Shown: positions 9,277 through 20,618 of the stretch, in pieces
Layout: each line of letters starts with the position of its first letter
How positions within the stretch are numbered: the stretch's first letter is position 1
Origin: Spongospora subterranea f. sp. subterranea
Taxonomy: Eukaryota
Direction: 5' to 3'
Assembly (NCBI GenBank): GCA_049724395.1
Contig: JAUGWO010000043.1
Location: 1-39,365 of the forward strand
Length of the DNA stretch: 39,365 nucleotides
The notes under the pieces: generated by a model
What the model saw: the letters and a program-made list of their open reading frames with translations, nothing else
What the model was told of the DNA's origin: nothing
Database searches by the model: none
Translations under genes and position numbers: made by a program

Positions 9277-12003
9277 ATGATGTGTTCCATGGCGTCGTTG
9301 TTCACTATTGTCATTGCGTCCATGATTTTCCTGGTATCTGGTTCACCCAATAGGTAAAAACAGGGTCATATTCTCAATGACACCAATCGGTTTCTAATCA
9401 TTGTATTATAATCCAGTCAGGAAGATCCCCTATTGACATCTAGGGAGCGAGAATATAATGCGGTGACGAAAGTCATCAATGAAATAATTCCTTTGTTGTG
9501 CGATAACGAACAGTGCCGACACGATGTCGAGCTTCCTGCCGAAAGCCATAGTGTTTCTGATTCTTCAGGACCTATTGACATTGAGTGAGTTGATAGTTCC
9601 GGCCCTTGGTGTACCCGTCCATTCATATCTGGTCATCACAGGGTTTTATTCCTTCGGTTAATCAATCGGGGATTTGACGGGTTGGTCAATGGAATTATGT
9701 CCAATGGAGGGACAAAGTCCGAGCGGAAAGCGATGACGGTTATTCATGAGGCAAAATTGTTCAATGTTATTCTGTCGGTTTATTATCGAAGATTCGGTTT
9801 GTCGTGTTCTGAAATGTCGTTGTCCAGTGCAGCCACATTGTTTTTACACAATCCCGTTAAAGCACTTCCCAACGTGATGTCAATTTTGTACGGGATCGTT
9901 CATCCTGATTATGATCGTAGTCATTATTCTCAACTCCTGTTCCATAGCGAACGCCCTTCGGATAATGCGCGAAAGGCCAGCAGAGGTGATCGATCGTTAT
10001 GCCAATGTGGGAACCCATGAAGGGCTGTTTTCAGACCTGTACGGGATGGGTCCGTTCCCTCAGGATTATAATCATCATCTTTTTCCTGTTAATAGAGACC
10101 TTCCTCAGCATGTTGCACATCTTGGACAGAAATTGGTTGAGTCTGGTGCAGATACGGAAGCACTTCAAGACCTGTTTTCAGTCTTGTACGATATCGCTCA
10201 GCACTGTCCTGTTCATAGTTATTTTGAAATTGGTTGTACATAGTGACCATCCTTCCAACGTTTTGCGTCTTGCAAAGAAGTTTCTCAAATCCAATGCGGA
10301 TGGGGAAGCAGTTGAAGGACTGTGTTCACTGATGTACCGAATGTGTTCACTGAAGTACGAGATCTTCAGATCTGTCATTGTCAGAATCACTAACATATTT
10401 CCTGTCCACAGCGTTTGTCCTTCCGACAATGCAGCCCATGTGAAACGATTGATATTTTTACTTTTTGTTTTCAAATAAGGAAACCCGTCAAGAGATGATT
10501 TCACTCCTGTATACGAAATCGTTCAGCTGTGTCAATCAGTCATTTATCTAATCGTGCATAGGTCCAGCTCTCACACTAATCCGCCCCTTGTTCCAAATTT
10601 GCTGAAATCTGGTGCCGATGTTGAAGCCTGAAATCCCTATTTTCCCTCTTGTAATGGATCGTTTTTTCCCTCATGATCATCAGCATTTTTGTAATTCCTC
10701 TGATAGCGATCTTCCTGGCAATTTTGCGCGTCTTTTGAGCAAGTTGGTCGAATCTGGTGCAGATGCGGAACCACTTGCAGAGCTGCTATCGCTTTTGTAT
10801 GAAATCGTTACCCTTTCTGTTAATCATCATCATCAACTCATTTGTTTTCAAAAGTGAACATTCTTCCTTTAATATGCGCCTTGTGAATCTGGTTCTAAAC
10901 CATGGAAATGACGTTGGAGCCCTACGACATCTTTTTAATTTCTTGTTCGTGACGGTTTGCCTCGTCTTGATTGAACTTTTTATCTGATTGCTGATCCATC
11001 AAGCAACGACTCTCCCAACGCAGCCCGAGTTGTCATCAGGTTGATCAATGCTGGATTCGATCTGGGATCTCCTGAAGTGCTGTTTTACTTTTTGTACAAA
11101 AACTTCCAGCCCCGTTATGATCATTATATGTTCTCATTTCTTTTCCATAGCAACTTTCCTCCAAATTTTGCACGTGATGTATTGAAGATGGTCAAATGTG
11201 ATTCAGACTCGACAAACCTTGAAGAATTGTTTTTTCAAATTTTGTACGAAATCGTTCACCGCCTTCTGATCAATATTTGAAATTCTTTCCACAGGAACCC
11301 CCCTGCCCCTGCTTTGCCTCTTTTGAAAAAGTTGCTCAAATCTGGTCCTGATTGCAAATACGGTCAAATTCTGTATTGAATTGTGTTCGCGATTGCACAG
11401 CACATCTTTGTCTAATGATTCTGTACTATCTGGTCTCAGAAACCTTCCGCCTGATGAATTTCGCAAATCTGCTGAATTGGTGATAGCCCTTGAGAACCTT
11501 TATCCGATATTGTACGGAATTGCCAATCCCTTTCGTGATAATAATCAATATCTGATTTCCTGTCTATAGCGGTTTTTCTTTCCCCCAAGACTTCATCCCG
11601 AATCATGATCCCGTTGACAAAGCCCTGCAGGACTTTTGTCAAATTTTGTTCGTGAATGTTAAATGCCATCTGAATGATCATCTGTGTTTGATATCATGTT
11701 GATAGTAAGGTCCCCTACGATGAAGATTTGTTGACGGAAGCCATAAAGCATACCGGCATTGAGTAATCTGATTTGAGGATCTCGTTTTCTTCACTGGTTC
11801 ATGTCTGTTCATCAACAGCGGTCATTATCACGGGATTCGCCTTCAAGAAGAGTACGGCACATTTTATGAGCATAGACGTTTCCGGGACCCGTTTCATTCC
11901 ATTGACTGGTTCGGATATCGGCTTGAGCGCAAGTATGAGCTGAACGACAAGATCAGAACCACATTGGAGTCAGTTTTGTTCGAGTTATCACATGCATTGT
12001 TAG
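9277..12003 (+). CDS. Multi-exon putative secreted protein with ~10 tandem ~30-aa helical repeats, one per exon; a few exons frameshifted (pseudogene or read error)
   Basis: Hydrophobic N-terminus MMCSMASLFTIVIASMIFLVSG. GT-AG introns at 9354-9416, 9585-9641, 9774-9827, 9888-9947, 10039-10095, 10186-10243, 10334-10411, 10509-10561, 10651-10706, 10797-10854, 10945-11003, 11094-11150, 11244-11294, 11512-11569, 11648-11705, 11763-11818. Exons of exactly 90 nt at 10096, 10244, 10707, 10855, 11004. The 3' end is less certain. Confidence 0.78.
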
Positions 12004-12373
12004 GTTTTAGCGTTTGATGTCAATCAGTAAATGGTTTCCCAATGCGATTGCGGATTTTTTGGGGGATCCCGATATGGTGAGAAATGTCCAGAATGAGATA
12101 AAACCAAGAAGAGGAGAAATGCGATGTTGAATCACAATAGTCGGTAGGAAATCACTGCCGAATCACTCAGGACCCATTCCGCATCTGATCGTAGCTGTTT
12201 AACTGAATATTTGTCCCAGGCCCGATTCCTTCTTGTCTCAACTCATATCCATGATCGATCACAAACCTGTTGTTTGTGTCGGGGCACAAGCGATGAATTT
12301 GAAACGGTGATTGATGCAATAAACGGGGTCGCGGGCCACATTTTAATGTCGTTATTTATTAGGATCATTGGTG

Positions 12374-13700
12374 ATGCGAAATATTTGAAGGAATCGGATT
12401 GGTATTCCTGGTGACTCTGTCCATCGTCATCGGCCGCTAAGTTTGAATTTCACTAGGGACGATCTCCTCTCTCCGTTCTTCAACTACCTTGATCATTCTC
12501 TTGAAAAAACAGACAAAAACCATATCGGGCTCAATCAAAATTTGGTTGAATTGGTGGGGAAGGAAATTAAACAATCGAGAGATAAAATTGTTTCACTTCG
12601 GTACGTGTTTCTATGGTGACAGAACCACTCTTGTCCCATTCCATATCTGAGTTTGACTGTTAACTGAATCTCTCAGACGTAAAATTTTGGTGCAGAGGCT
12701 GATTTCAATTATCGTCCGCAAACCTATAGGCAGAATCGCTGCCAAGGCCAATGATGGGAATCGCTGAAGTATCAAGGCCAGAAACTCTTGTCCCATTCCA
12801 TATCTGATGGACTGTTAACTCAATCTCCCAACCTGAATTTTCGGTGTTTATTTCTTGTTTCTTGCTCAGAAGGCTGCCAAAGCCAATGATAGCTGAGGAA
12901 CTAGCGAACAAATTTTCGTGTTTGCAATGGTATTGACGGAACTGGAGCGCTATCTGTGTCCTCATTCTATTTTGATTATTATCAGGACCCTGAGTCATCA
13001 AACACTCAAATCATTCACAAAAAAATCGGATTTGTATTCCCCCTGTCCACTGTAATTATCTCCATAATCCGCTAATGATCGTTGATCAGGAATTACCTCC
13101 TGACTGTGTTCTTTGACTACCTTGATCTTCGTAGTGAAACATTGGGGAATAATCGTGAGCAGTTTATTGAGTCGTTATTGAAGTCAGTGAAGGCAGAGAA
13201 GTCAAGGTGGTCAACTTCAATGATCGTGCTGTCCATTACGCCCCAGTATTCATGTATCAATGTTCACAGTGATCATTTGTTGGCGACAGATGTTGAAAGC
13301 GGAATGTTATTCAATGCGGTTATCAATATTCGTTATTCTAAAACATGGATACGCCTTGACCACATCGATTGGTCGGGCTATCAGAGTTTTAGGTACAGGA
13401 TCTTCATGTACTATCTGCGCTCTATTATTTTAATTCGCTGCTATAGGGACCGTCACTTTGAGGAAGTTGTCGAGCGAAGCGAATGGGGCAGCTTTTATGA
13501 GGCGCCGGAACTGTTGGACTTGAACAAATTTGTGGGGAAGTTGGCGGTTCTGTTGAAGGATGGGTATGATTCAGGACTTTGGTTTTTCGGTAGTTTGTGT
13601 AATATATGTTGATACTCTGCTGTGGTAGCAAAATCGATTATTCTTCAAAAAGAGATCACCAGAAGCGAAAAATTTTCAAATTCCTGACCAGTGACGAATG
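12374..13700 (+). CDS. Multi-exon putative secreted orphan protein; 5' part frameshifted and contains a duplicated exon module
   Basis: Hydrophobic N-terminal stretch (IGLVFLVTLSIVI). Phase-2 GT-AG introns at 12918-12985, 13034-13089, 13201-13269, 13372-13446, 13564-13628, with in-frame exons of 48, 48, 111, 102 and 117 nt. Direct repeat actcttgtcccattccatatctga at ~12628 and ~12784. Confidence 0.62.
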
Positions 13701-14199
13701 ACGGAGACGTGGCGAATTAATAATGGGCACTCCGACCGAATTTGATTTGTTCTCAATAAATGCGTTATTGATCACTGCATTGTTTGGGCATCGCTCATTA
13801 AAGATTGTGTCAATTACTAGTGAACACTTATCCCGAGATCGACCAGATCAGACATATTAAGTCTATTCCTCTCCTTACTAGTCCAGAAGTGCCAGCGCCT
13901 TTAGTTGATTCCAATCTCGAATATAGGAAGAATTTTGGTTTCGAAAGGGAGTGGTGAGTTCTCCTAATTTTACAACATGTTATGATCATAACTTTTCCAC
14001 TATGAATCATTCAGTTTTGAGTGATTTACAATGAAATTCACATACTGTAATAGAGATGGTGAGATTGATGTTGAAAATATTGGACGTTGTCCGAACTGAG
14101 AATTGCCCAGTTCGGGCCGGTACATGTTGATCAGTTTATTATAAGGTGGAGGTGTCATGATTTAGAGCCCGTCTTATGGGGCGGTGCCTCAGGATGTGT

Positions 14200-14867
14200 C
14201 CGATGGAACACGACAATAGCCTCCTTTATGACTGGGGTAGTCGAACAGAATAGCGGCGATTAAGGTTCTCAGGTGTGGTCAGAACATCGTCACCTTCCAA
14301 TCCACCAATTACCGCATTTGTCCTTTAAACAAACGACACTCAATGATGTCGTTTACTTCATACAATTGTCGCTGATCATTATCCATCGTGATATGGGGAG
14401 GATTACACTGTTTCCTATTAGGAAGGACATTTGAATCAGCGATGAGTGAAATATCCTGTACAACATAAGAATTATTGGAAATGTCCATTTCATCAGCGAC
14501 AGAGAGTAATATCACTAACAATTGTGAACTGCCCTAACCCATTCTCCAATCCTGGCAGGCCCTAGTAGTTGGAATATTGTCGCCAATGAGCCACACCTGA
14601 TCGTCAACGTTATACACGGGAGACGGGCGACGATTCCGATCGGCCAACAGCTTTATAGAGATTCACTGAATGACGCCTTGTTACTGCAGTTGATTCTGAA
14701 CATCACTGAGATAGGAAATCATATCGACAACGGCTGGATTTGGACACGACCCAGATTTCGGTACTGAAAGATCGTGTCGACCATGGAACCCGATTTTCGC
14801 GTAGAATGATGAAACTCCAGTTGCCGAATGGCAGAAGTTGTTGAAATCGAATAAATACTCCGTTTCC
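14200..14867 (-). mobile_element. Gypsy (chromovirus-type) fragment: integrase C-terminus and chromodomain, degenerate
   Basis: FNNFCHSATGVSSFYAKIGFH, DQVWLIGDNIPTTR, YEVNDIIECRLFKGQMR*LVDWK and T*EP (TWEP). Confidence 0.75.
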
Positions 14868-15177
14868 AAATTCTGGCGACACTAGAATAATCCGTTGATG
14901 AGCAGAATATGAAAACGCTAATTACAGGTGATCTGAACACAAAACATAATCGATTTGAAAACAAATTACGATGAACACCACGAAGACCTTGACTCCAAAC
15001 TGAGCAGTGACCATTTGCCAAAAATTATTACAAATTCAATCCCAACAATTGAGACAGAAACACACTAAGACTCTGAGAGATTTCATGTCAGTAATAGATA
15101 CTGAGAAAACCATAAACGCGCATATGGAGGGAATCACAACCATAAATCCCGAACAATTGACCTTGCCAATATTCAAA
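14868..15177 (+). mobile_element. Internally deleted APE endonuclease fragment of a third LINE relative
   Basis: LITGDLNTKHNRF, LSSDHLP and IDTEKTINA match copy 1 LLTGDLNTKDRRF, LGSDHSP and IDTRATTKA. Confidence 0.78.
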
Positions 15178-16000
15178 ATGCGCTTTTCGTCCTATCCGCA
15201 ACCTGGATAGCTGAAATGTGCCAAACTTGTGCAATGTTTTAAGTTCTGTGTGTGCAGCGTCGAACCAGTATTCGGCATATGGACTGGTCAATGCCCACCT
15301 GAATGAGCTGGGTATTGGGTTAGCCGAGGATGTCAAACCAACCAAAGGTGGTCGTGGGTATTGCTGTGCAAGTTCAATCTTGTCCAAGGGTGACCACTTG
15401 AGCGTTGCGACGCGCGATTGCACAGTGAAACTCGGAGAGAATTTCTCTATTGGCGGTGGAGTGTCTGGTGTCACGTTCTTTGCGTTGCTCGGATTGAACT
15501 TAAGATATGGACTCGTTGGTATCGACACCAACCCCCGGTCTCCAAAAGGTGAATTTGGCCTCTGCGAATACAGCGTTTCGGGTGGAAATGACGCCAGAAG
15601 CTCCGAATTCCAGAGCTTGTACTACTTTTGGTTATTTTGGTAGTCAACGAAGATTGCGCTGTGTGCCTTGAAATCCATCTTTTGACGAAGTTTTTTCGGG
15701 ATATGATATCAAGCGTCACAGCAAATACTCGAAGGTGGGAACAACTGGGTTTCTTGTTGTACCATCGTTCGTATGAAGTCATTCGGTTTGGAAGGGCGGT
15801 ATGTGGTTTACGAGTCAGAATTGAAATAGCACAACCGACGGCAAAAGCCCAGAATTCTAGTCCTCCTAATTTCGCTTTGATGCTAATGCTGTTGGCCATT
15901 TCAAGAATTGTCCTATTCAGGCGTTCTGGGGATCTGTTAGACTCTGACTCGTACGGGACGATGGGTTGATGATGAATTTTGTTTGTCTTGTAGTATTCGC
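15178..16000 (-). mobile_element. Ty1/Copia fragment: integrase C-terminal half to start of RT
   Basis: ERLNRTILEMA, FWAFAV, YERWYNKKPSCSHLRVF, YWFDAAHTELKTL...GRKA. Confidence 0.85.
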
Positions 16001-16089
16001 GGGATTCAATAGAGCAAATCAACACCGTTGTTGTCACTTTGATGAGTAGTTAAAGTAAGTATGAATGCCATGTCCAGCTTGGCGGAAGA

Positions 16090-16400
16090 CTTCGTTGTTA
16101 ACTACGATATTTATGACAAAAAATTATTAGCGATCGAGATAGTGTTTGAAGTCTGGAAACATTTCTTAGAACGAGCACCGCACAAAATCATCGTAAACAG
16201 CGATCATAAGAATTTAGTTTATTTGACCTCGTCCAAGAGTCTCAGTCGCCGATAAGCTCGTTGGTCATTAATGCTCGCTGAATATCAGTTCGCCATCGTG
16301 CACCGACCTGGTAGTCTATCAGGACAACCAGATGCGTTGTCGCGACGTCCCGAATATGAAATTCAATCAACCGACCCTATCTGGAAGGTGCAGCGATGAT
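16090..16400 (+). mobile_element. Gypsy RNase H fragment
   Basis: [39 protein letters not shown]. Confidence 0.85.
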
Positions 16401-16799
16401 CTATACTTCAACCGGATCAGATCTTATACCTACTCCTGCAGCTACATATTGTACCACGATATTTGCCCCTTGACAATCTATCGAGGAGCGTATCAAACAT
16501 AACTCGCAGTCGGACACCTTCGTCAAAGATATCATTCCAAGGGTTCCGGTGACAAGTTTTCGACTCGACAACGAGATCCTCTATAAAGAGCAATCGCTGG
16601 TAGTGGTGGAACAAAATTGCAAACTGGAGGTAGAGAAGGCTAAAGCCGGATAGGTAATCGTCGCCGATACTCAACGGTCGAAACTTCAGATACGCCACCC
16701 GTCTACGTAGGCTGCTACACATCGACGTAGCACCTGATTTCGACTGCAGAGGTCGCTAAAGGCTCAATTTATGCCCAATGAACGCTGGAATCAGCAATA

Positions 16800-19700
16800 T
16801 CATGTGAAATAAGCTCTTAAAACCAATATGTCGTCGTGTTGCATCATCGATAAGAGTTTGACGATCTCTGCGGCAAATCTGTATTTGTGTTGCTGCCTCC
16901 ATCTGTTTAGCCAGCTCCAGCGCTGTCTGTCCATTAGTCTTGATGGTGCGGTCGGCGCCCAATTTCAATAAAACTTCAACAACCGCGGGTCTGCAAGCAA
17001 AAGTCAGATTAGCACAAAGGGTTTGACCACGCCTAGATCTGACAAACCGCTGATCTGAAACCGCCAAATAGAGAGCAGTTTCCTCCTTATGGTTTTGGAT
17101 ATTGATTATTAATGAACACGAGACGTAGAAAAATTGACGCATTTTCCTGTGAGATCAATTGAGCGGTTTCGATATTCAATTTTGAAGATACAAGTATTGA
17201 TATTTGACCGGAAAGTACGAAGCAATGATATGCGAAATTTTCCAATAGGCGTCTGGCCCTCATTCTTCATCACAAAACGGAACCTTGAAGGCGTGATCAT
17301 TTGGCGAATGACAGATGAAAATCTGGAGATATTCATCAGATGTTTTGAAAATATCAACAGATCACAGTAATATACAGAACATCCTTTGATGCCCAATGCA
17401 GTGCGATGGGGATCAGTACCTCCAATAGATAGCTAGCTCGACCACCTCATCCCTAATAAATCAGTTGTATTGCGGAGCTGATCAATCTCCAGGACCATTG
17501 ACGACCAACCGAGAGCGCCCGTTAGCTATGTGAAGAAGACAATCGCCATCATCACCGTCAGTACTGACAGTTTTCGTCATCGCCGCCATAAACATTTCAA
17601 TGACGGTCCATCCCGATCTGTGAGATCTTAATCAGATACTCTGATACATCAAATCATAACAACAGGGTACCCTTCCTCCTTCATGGCTAGATGCAGGGCT
17701 GTATTCCCATCAATGTCTGTTATTGTGGGATCGGCGCCGTTCTTCAACAGAACTTGGGCGATTTCGGCACTGAGTGTAAACAAACATATCTTGAGTGTTG
17801 TTGAAATTCTACACAGAAAGATTGACCAACCGTGCAAAATAAACTGCTAAGAAAAACAGTGGTTTGCCCCTCATGGTTCTGGAAATTGAAAATATGTGGC
17901 GACGCCGGGCAGATGACCTGTCGGTCCCTGTGAGATCACATCAGCGATGTCAATAATTAATGGCAAACCCATTAAACAGCATACAGGTCATGATGATCCA
18001 ATTTTCTTTTACAGGGACTTTGTCATCCCGTTTTGGCCCACAGCATTGATAGTTTTTCGCCTCGCCGCCTCAATCATTCTGAATAATGGTCTCATTACTC
18101 CTGTAAGATATTAATCAGATTGGGGGAGTCATTAACAGATTATAGCAGTATACAGGAACTTCTTCACCGCCAGATGCAGTGCTGTATTCCCATGTATTGT
18201 CCGCTATTGTGGGATCGGCGCCTTTGTCCAATAGACTTATTCACCACCACATCCCTAACAAATCAGTGTTATTGAGGGGCTAAATCAGTGAATTAAATAC
18301 AAGTACGACCAACCGACGGCCCTTAACAGCACAATGGAGAAGAGTGGAGCCATCATTGTACTGGTGGTTGACATCAATATTTTGTGCCATTGAGAGGAAA
18401 TTTTCGTCTGTCCTGTAAACACTTCAGTAAAAGATTTGAATATTATAGTAACACCTGGGCGATATACAAAAAAGAACGAACCATCCAAGGGCAATGGCGT
18501 GTGCCCAGAATCAGACCCTATTGTGGGATCGGCACCGTGCTCAAACAGAATTTGGGCGATATCAACTCTGTGGATAATAAAGATGATATTGAGGTCGATA
18601 CTCAATGCCAGAGAGTAACATTGACCAACCGGTGATACAGCACTGCATATGAGAGAGCAGTGCGCCCCTGTTCGTTCTTCAGATTGAGTGTTTCACACGC
18701 CCCACTGAATATTACAGAGATCAAATCTTCGGGTCTGTGAGATTAGGTCAGATGATCGAATATGGTTGACCGACATGTGATCAATATACAGGCCAACATT
18801 TCAATCAATTGTTTGATCAAACACGTATAGAGGCGCGGTGGCATCCCACTTTGGCGCAAAAGTTCGTTCGGTTTCGGCCTCGCCGCTTTGATTAGTTCAA
18901 TGAAAGTCTCCCCAGTGCTGTGAAAATTCAATGAAATATGTCGAATTATCAACAATTCAAACAGTCTGACCAGCTATACCCTGCTGCTGAGAGGTGCAAT
19001 GCTGTATTCCCTTCATGATCAGCAACCATGGAAGTGGCGCCTTCAGCCAACAAATTCTTGATCACCACTTCCCTAAAAATAGTACAATAGATATTTACAG
19101 CAGATCAGCCTTAAACACTATATGTACGACCAACCGCATATAGTGAATTGCCAGATGGAGTGGGGTTTTCCCATGAAAGTTTTTGAGGTCAATAGCTTGT
19201 TGTTTCGACATTTTGACCTGGTCCATGATCTCGATATCGTTGATGATGCCCATGAACTTACTGACGACATTTTCTCTGTTAATGTGTCAGATGTTGGACG
19301 ATGACATATAATGGGGATATATTACAGGCCACGAGCAGCGGCGAGATGCAATGGAGTGTTTCCAAATTGATCGGTTTCAAATATATCGGCCCCTTTAGCT
19401 ATGGCTATAGGATTCAGGGCGACCGTTTCCCTATTGTATGAACATGATGGGGTAGTACAGAACCAATGTGCACTCATTAATTACTGGTTGTAGAAAAGTG
19501 CCAAACCCAGTGTGGAGGTGAGCAACCGACAGCTCTCATCCTATGATGTTTGATCAGTAAAATTTTGGATCAGAAAGTCGGTCTGATGATGAAACCCATG
19601 ATCCGTTCCAATGCCCACGCTCATCAATGCTTATCGTAAAATGATAGCGCCCACCGATACAATCGTCATCAATCTCGCTGGCCAACTGCACCGCAAACGG

Positions 19701-19883
19701 ATCCCTGAATAATCTGATTAGTTTTTTCTATCATCGACAGCATCGATACACCAAAGCGACCAATCTTGAATCGCCATTATGTAAGACATTGACCAAATCC
19801 GATCGTGGCGGGTTGACTGAGGCACTAAACCCCAATCCGACCAGAACTATCACGAATCCTGAAAACATAACTCTCGACATCAT
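16800..19883 (-). CDS. Multi-exon ankyrin-repeat protein with putative signal peptide; several frameshifts (pseudogene or read error)
   Basis: N-terminus MMSRVMFSGFVIVLVGLGFSA. Repeats include DQFGNTPLHLAA, HGKTPLHLAI, EGNTALHL, LLKNGADPTITDIDGNTALHLA, LLKLGADRTIKTNGQTALELA. Phase-2 introns at e.g. 19276-19325, 19073-19134, 17770-17830, 16991-17047. Confidence 0.8.
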
Positions 19884-20618
19884 CAAGGGAGGATGAAAAG
19901 TGATAATGATTGCGAAACATGCCGTCGCACGCATACTTTAAACACTGGCGGACTCCGTGTTGGTACAGTACAGCAGATAGGGCATGCCGCATGACTGATG
20001 GAACCGTCAGCGGCGGCCTTCTAACTGGCAGCACACTGTAGGTCCGTGGCTGTACATTGAAATTGGTACTGTACCCACTCAGACAAACACACGCAGTTTT
20101 CAAAAAAGAATCATTTTTTTGGAAATTGATCCTCTCTTCCGCCGGCTTGTCAGATGGATTCTATCCGCCGGTACGGTTTCTACGGATGAAAAGCTTCAGT
20201 CCGATAGTTCGGTGCACTGTAGCAAGGTTGCCCACATTTGTTCACTATGTACAGTAAAACGCATAAGTAGACTCTCTTATTACTTATACGGTCCGTGGAC
20301 GAGGGTCTATCGCATAAGTTAAAGAGAGATTTTAGTAATAAACTAATATTGCGTACGCAAAACAACAATGCGATGTCACGCCAATACCGTAATAGCGCAG
20401 TGGGGGAAGCTCCTGTCGATCACGCATTTAAGTTGTCGTTGCCCGCGTCGATTTTTTTACAAAATGTCATCCTGCCCTGTCTGCAGCGAGGCGATAACCG
20501 GATCCGGTTCTCATCGGCATTAACAGTTTTCGTTCGATTGTTTTTTTCATCACTGAAGCTTTTGAGTTTAGTTGTCCAGAATGTAATCGCGCCGTCCATC
20601 GATTCTGCGGGGCTCCCT

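Noticed and set aside
9682..11569. ORF-track ORFs (e.g. 9682-10020, 9911-10243, 10612-10857) as separate proteins
   Set aside because: They read through short introns and are better explained as exons of one spliced gene.
12611..13001. Minus-strand ORFs with repeated QIWNGTRV
   Set aside because: The duplication is better explained as plus-strand exons of the 12374-13700 gene with canonical splice sites.
14069..14160. Possible LTR beginning tgttgaaaat with a 10-bp hairpin (14089-14118)
   Set aside because: No matching terminus or clear PPT could be fixed, so the boundaries are unsupported.
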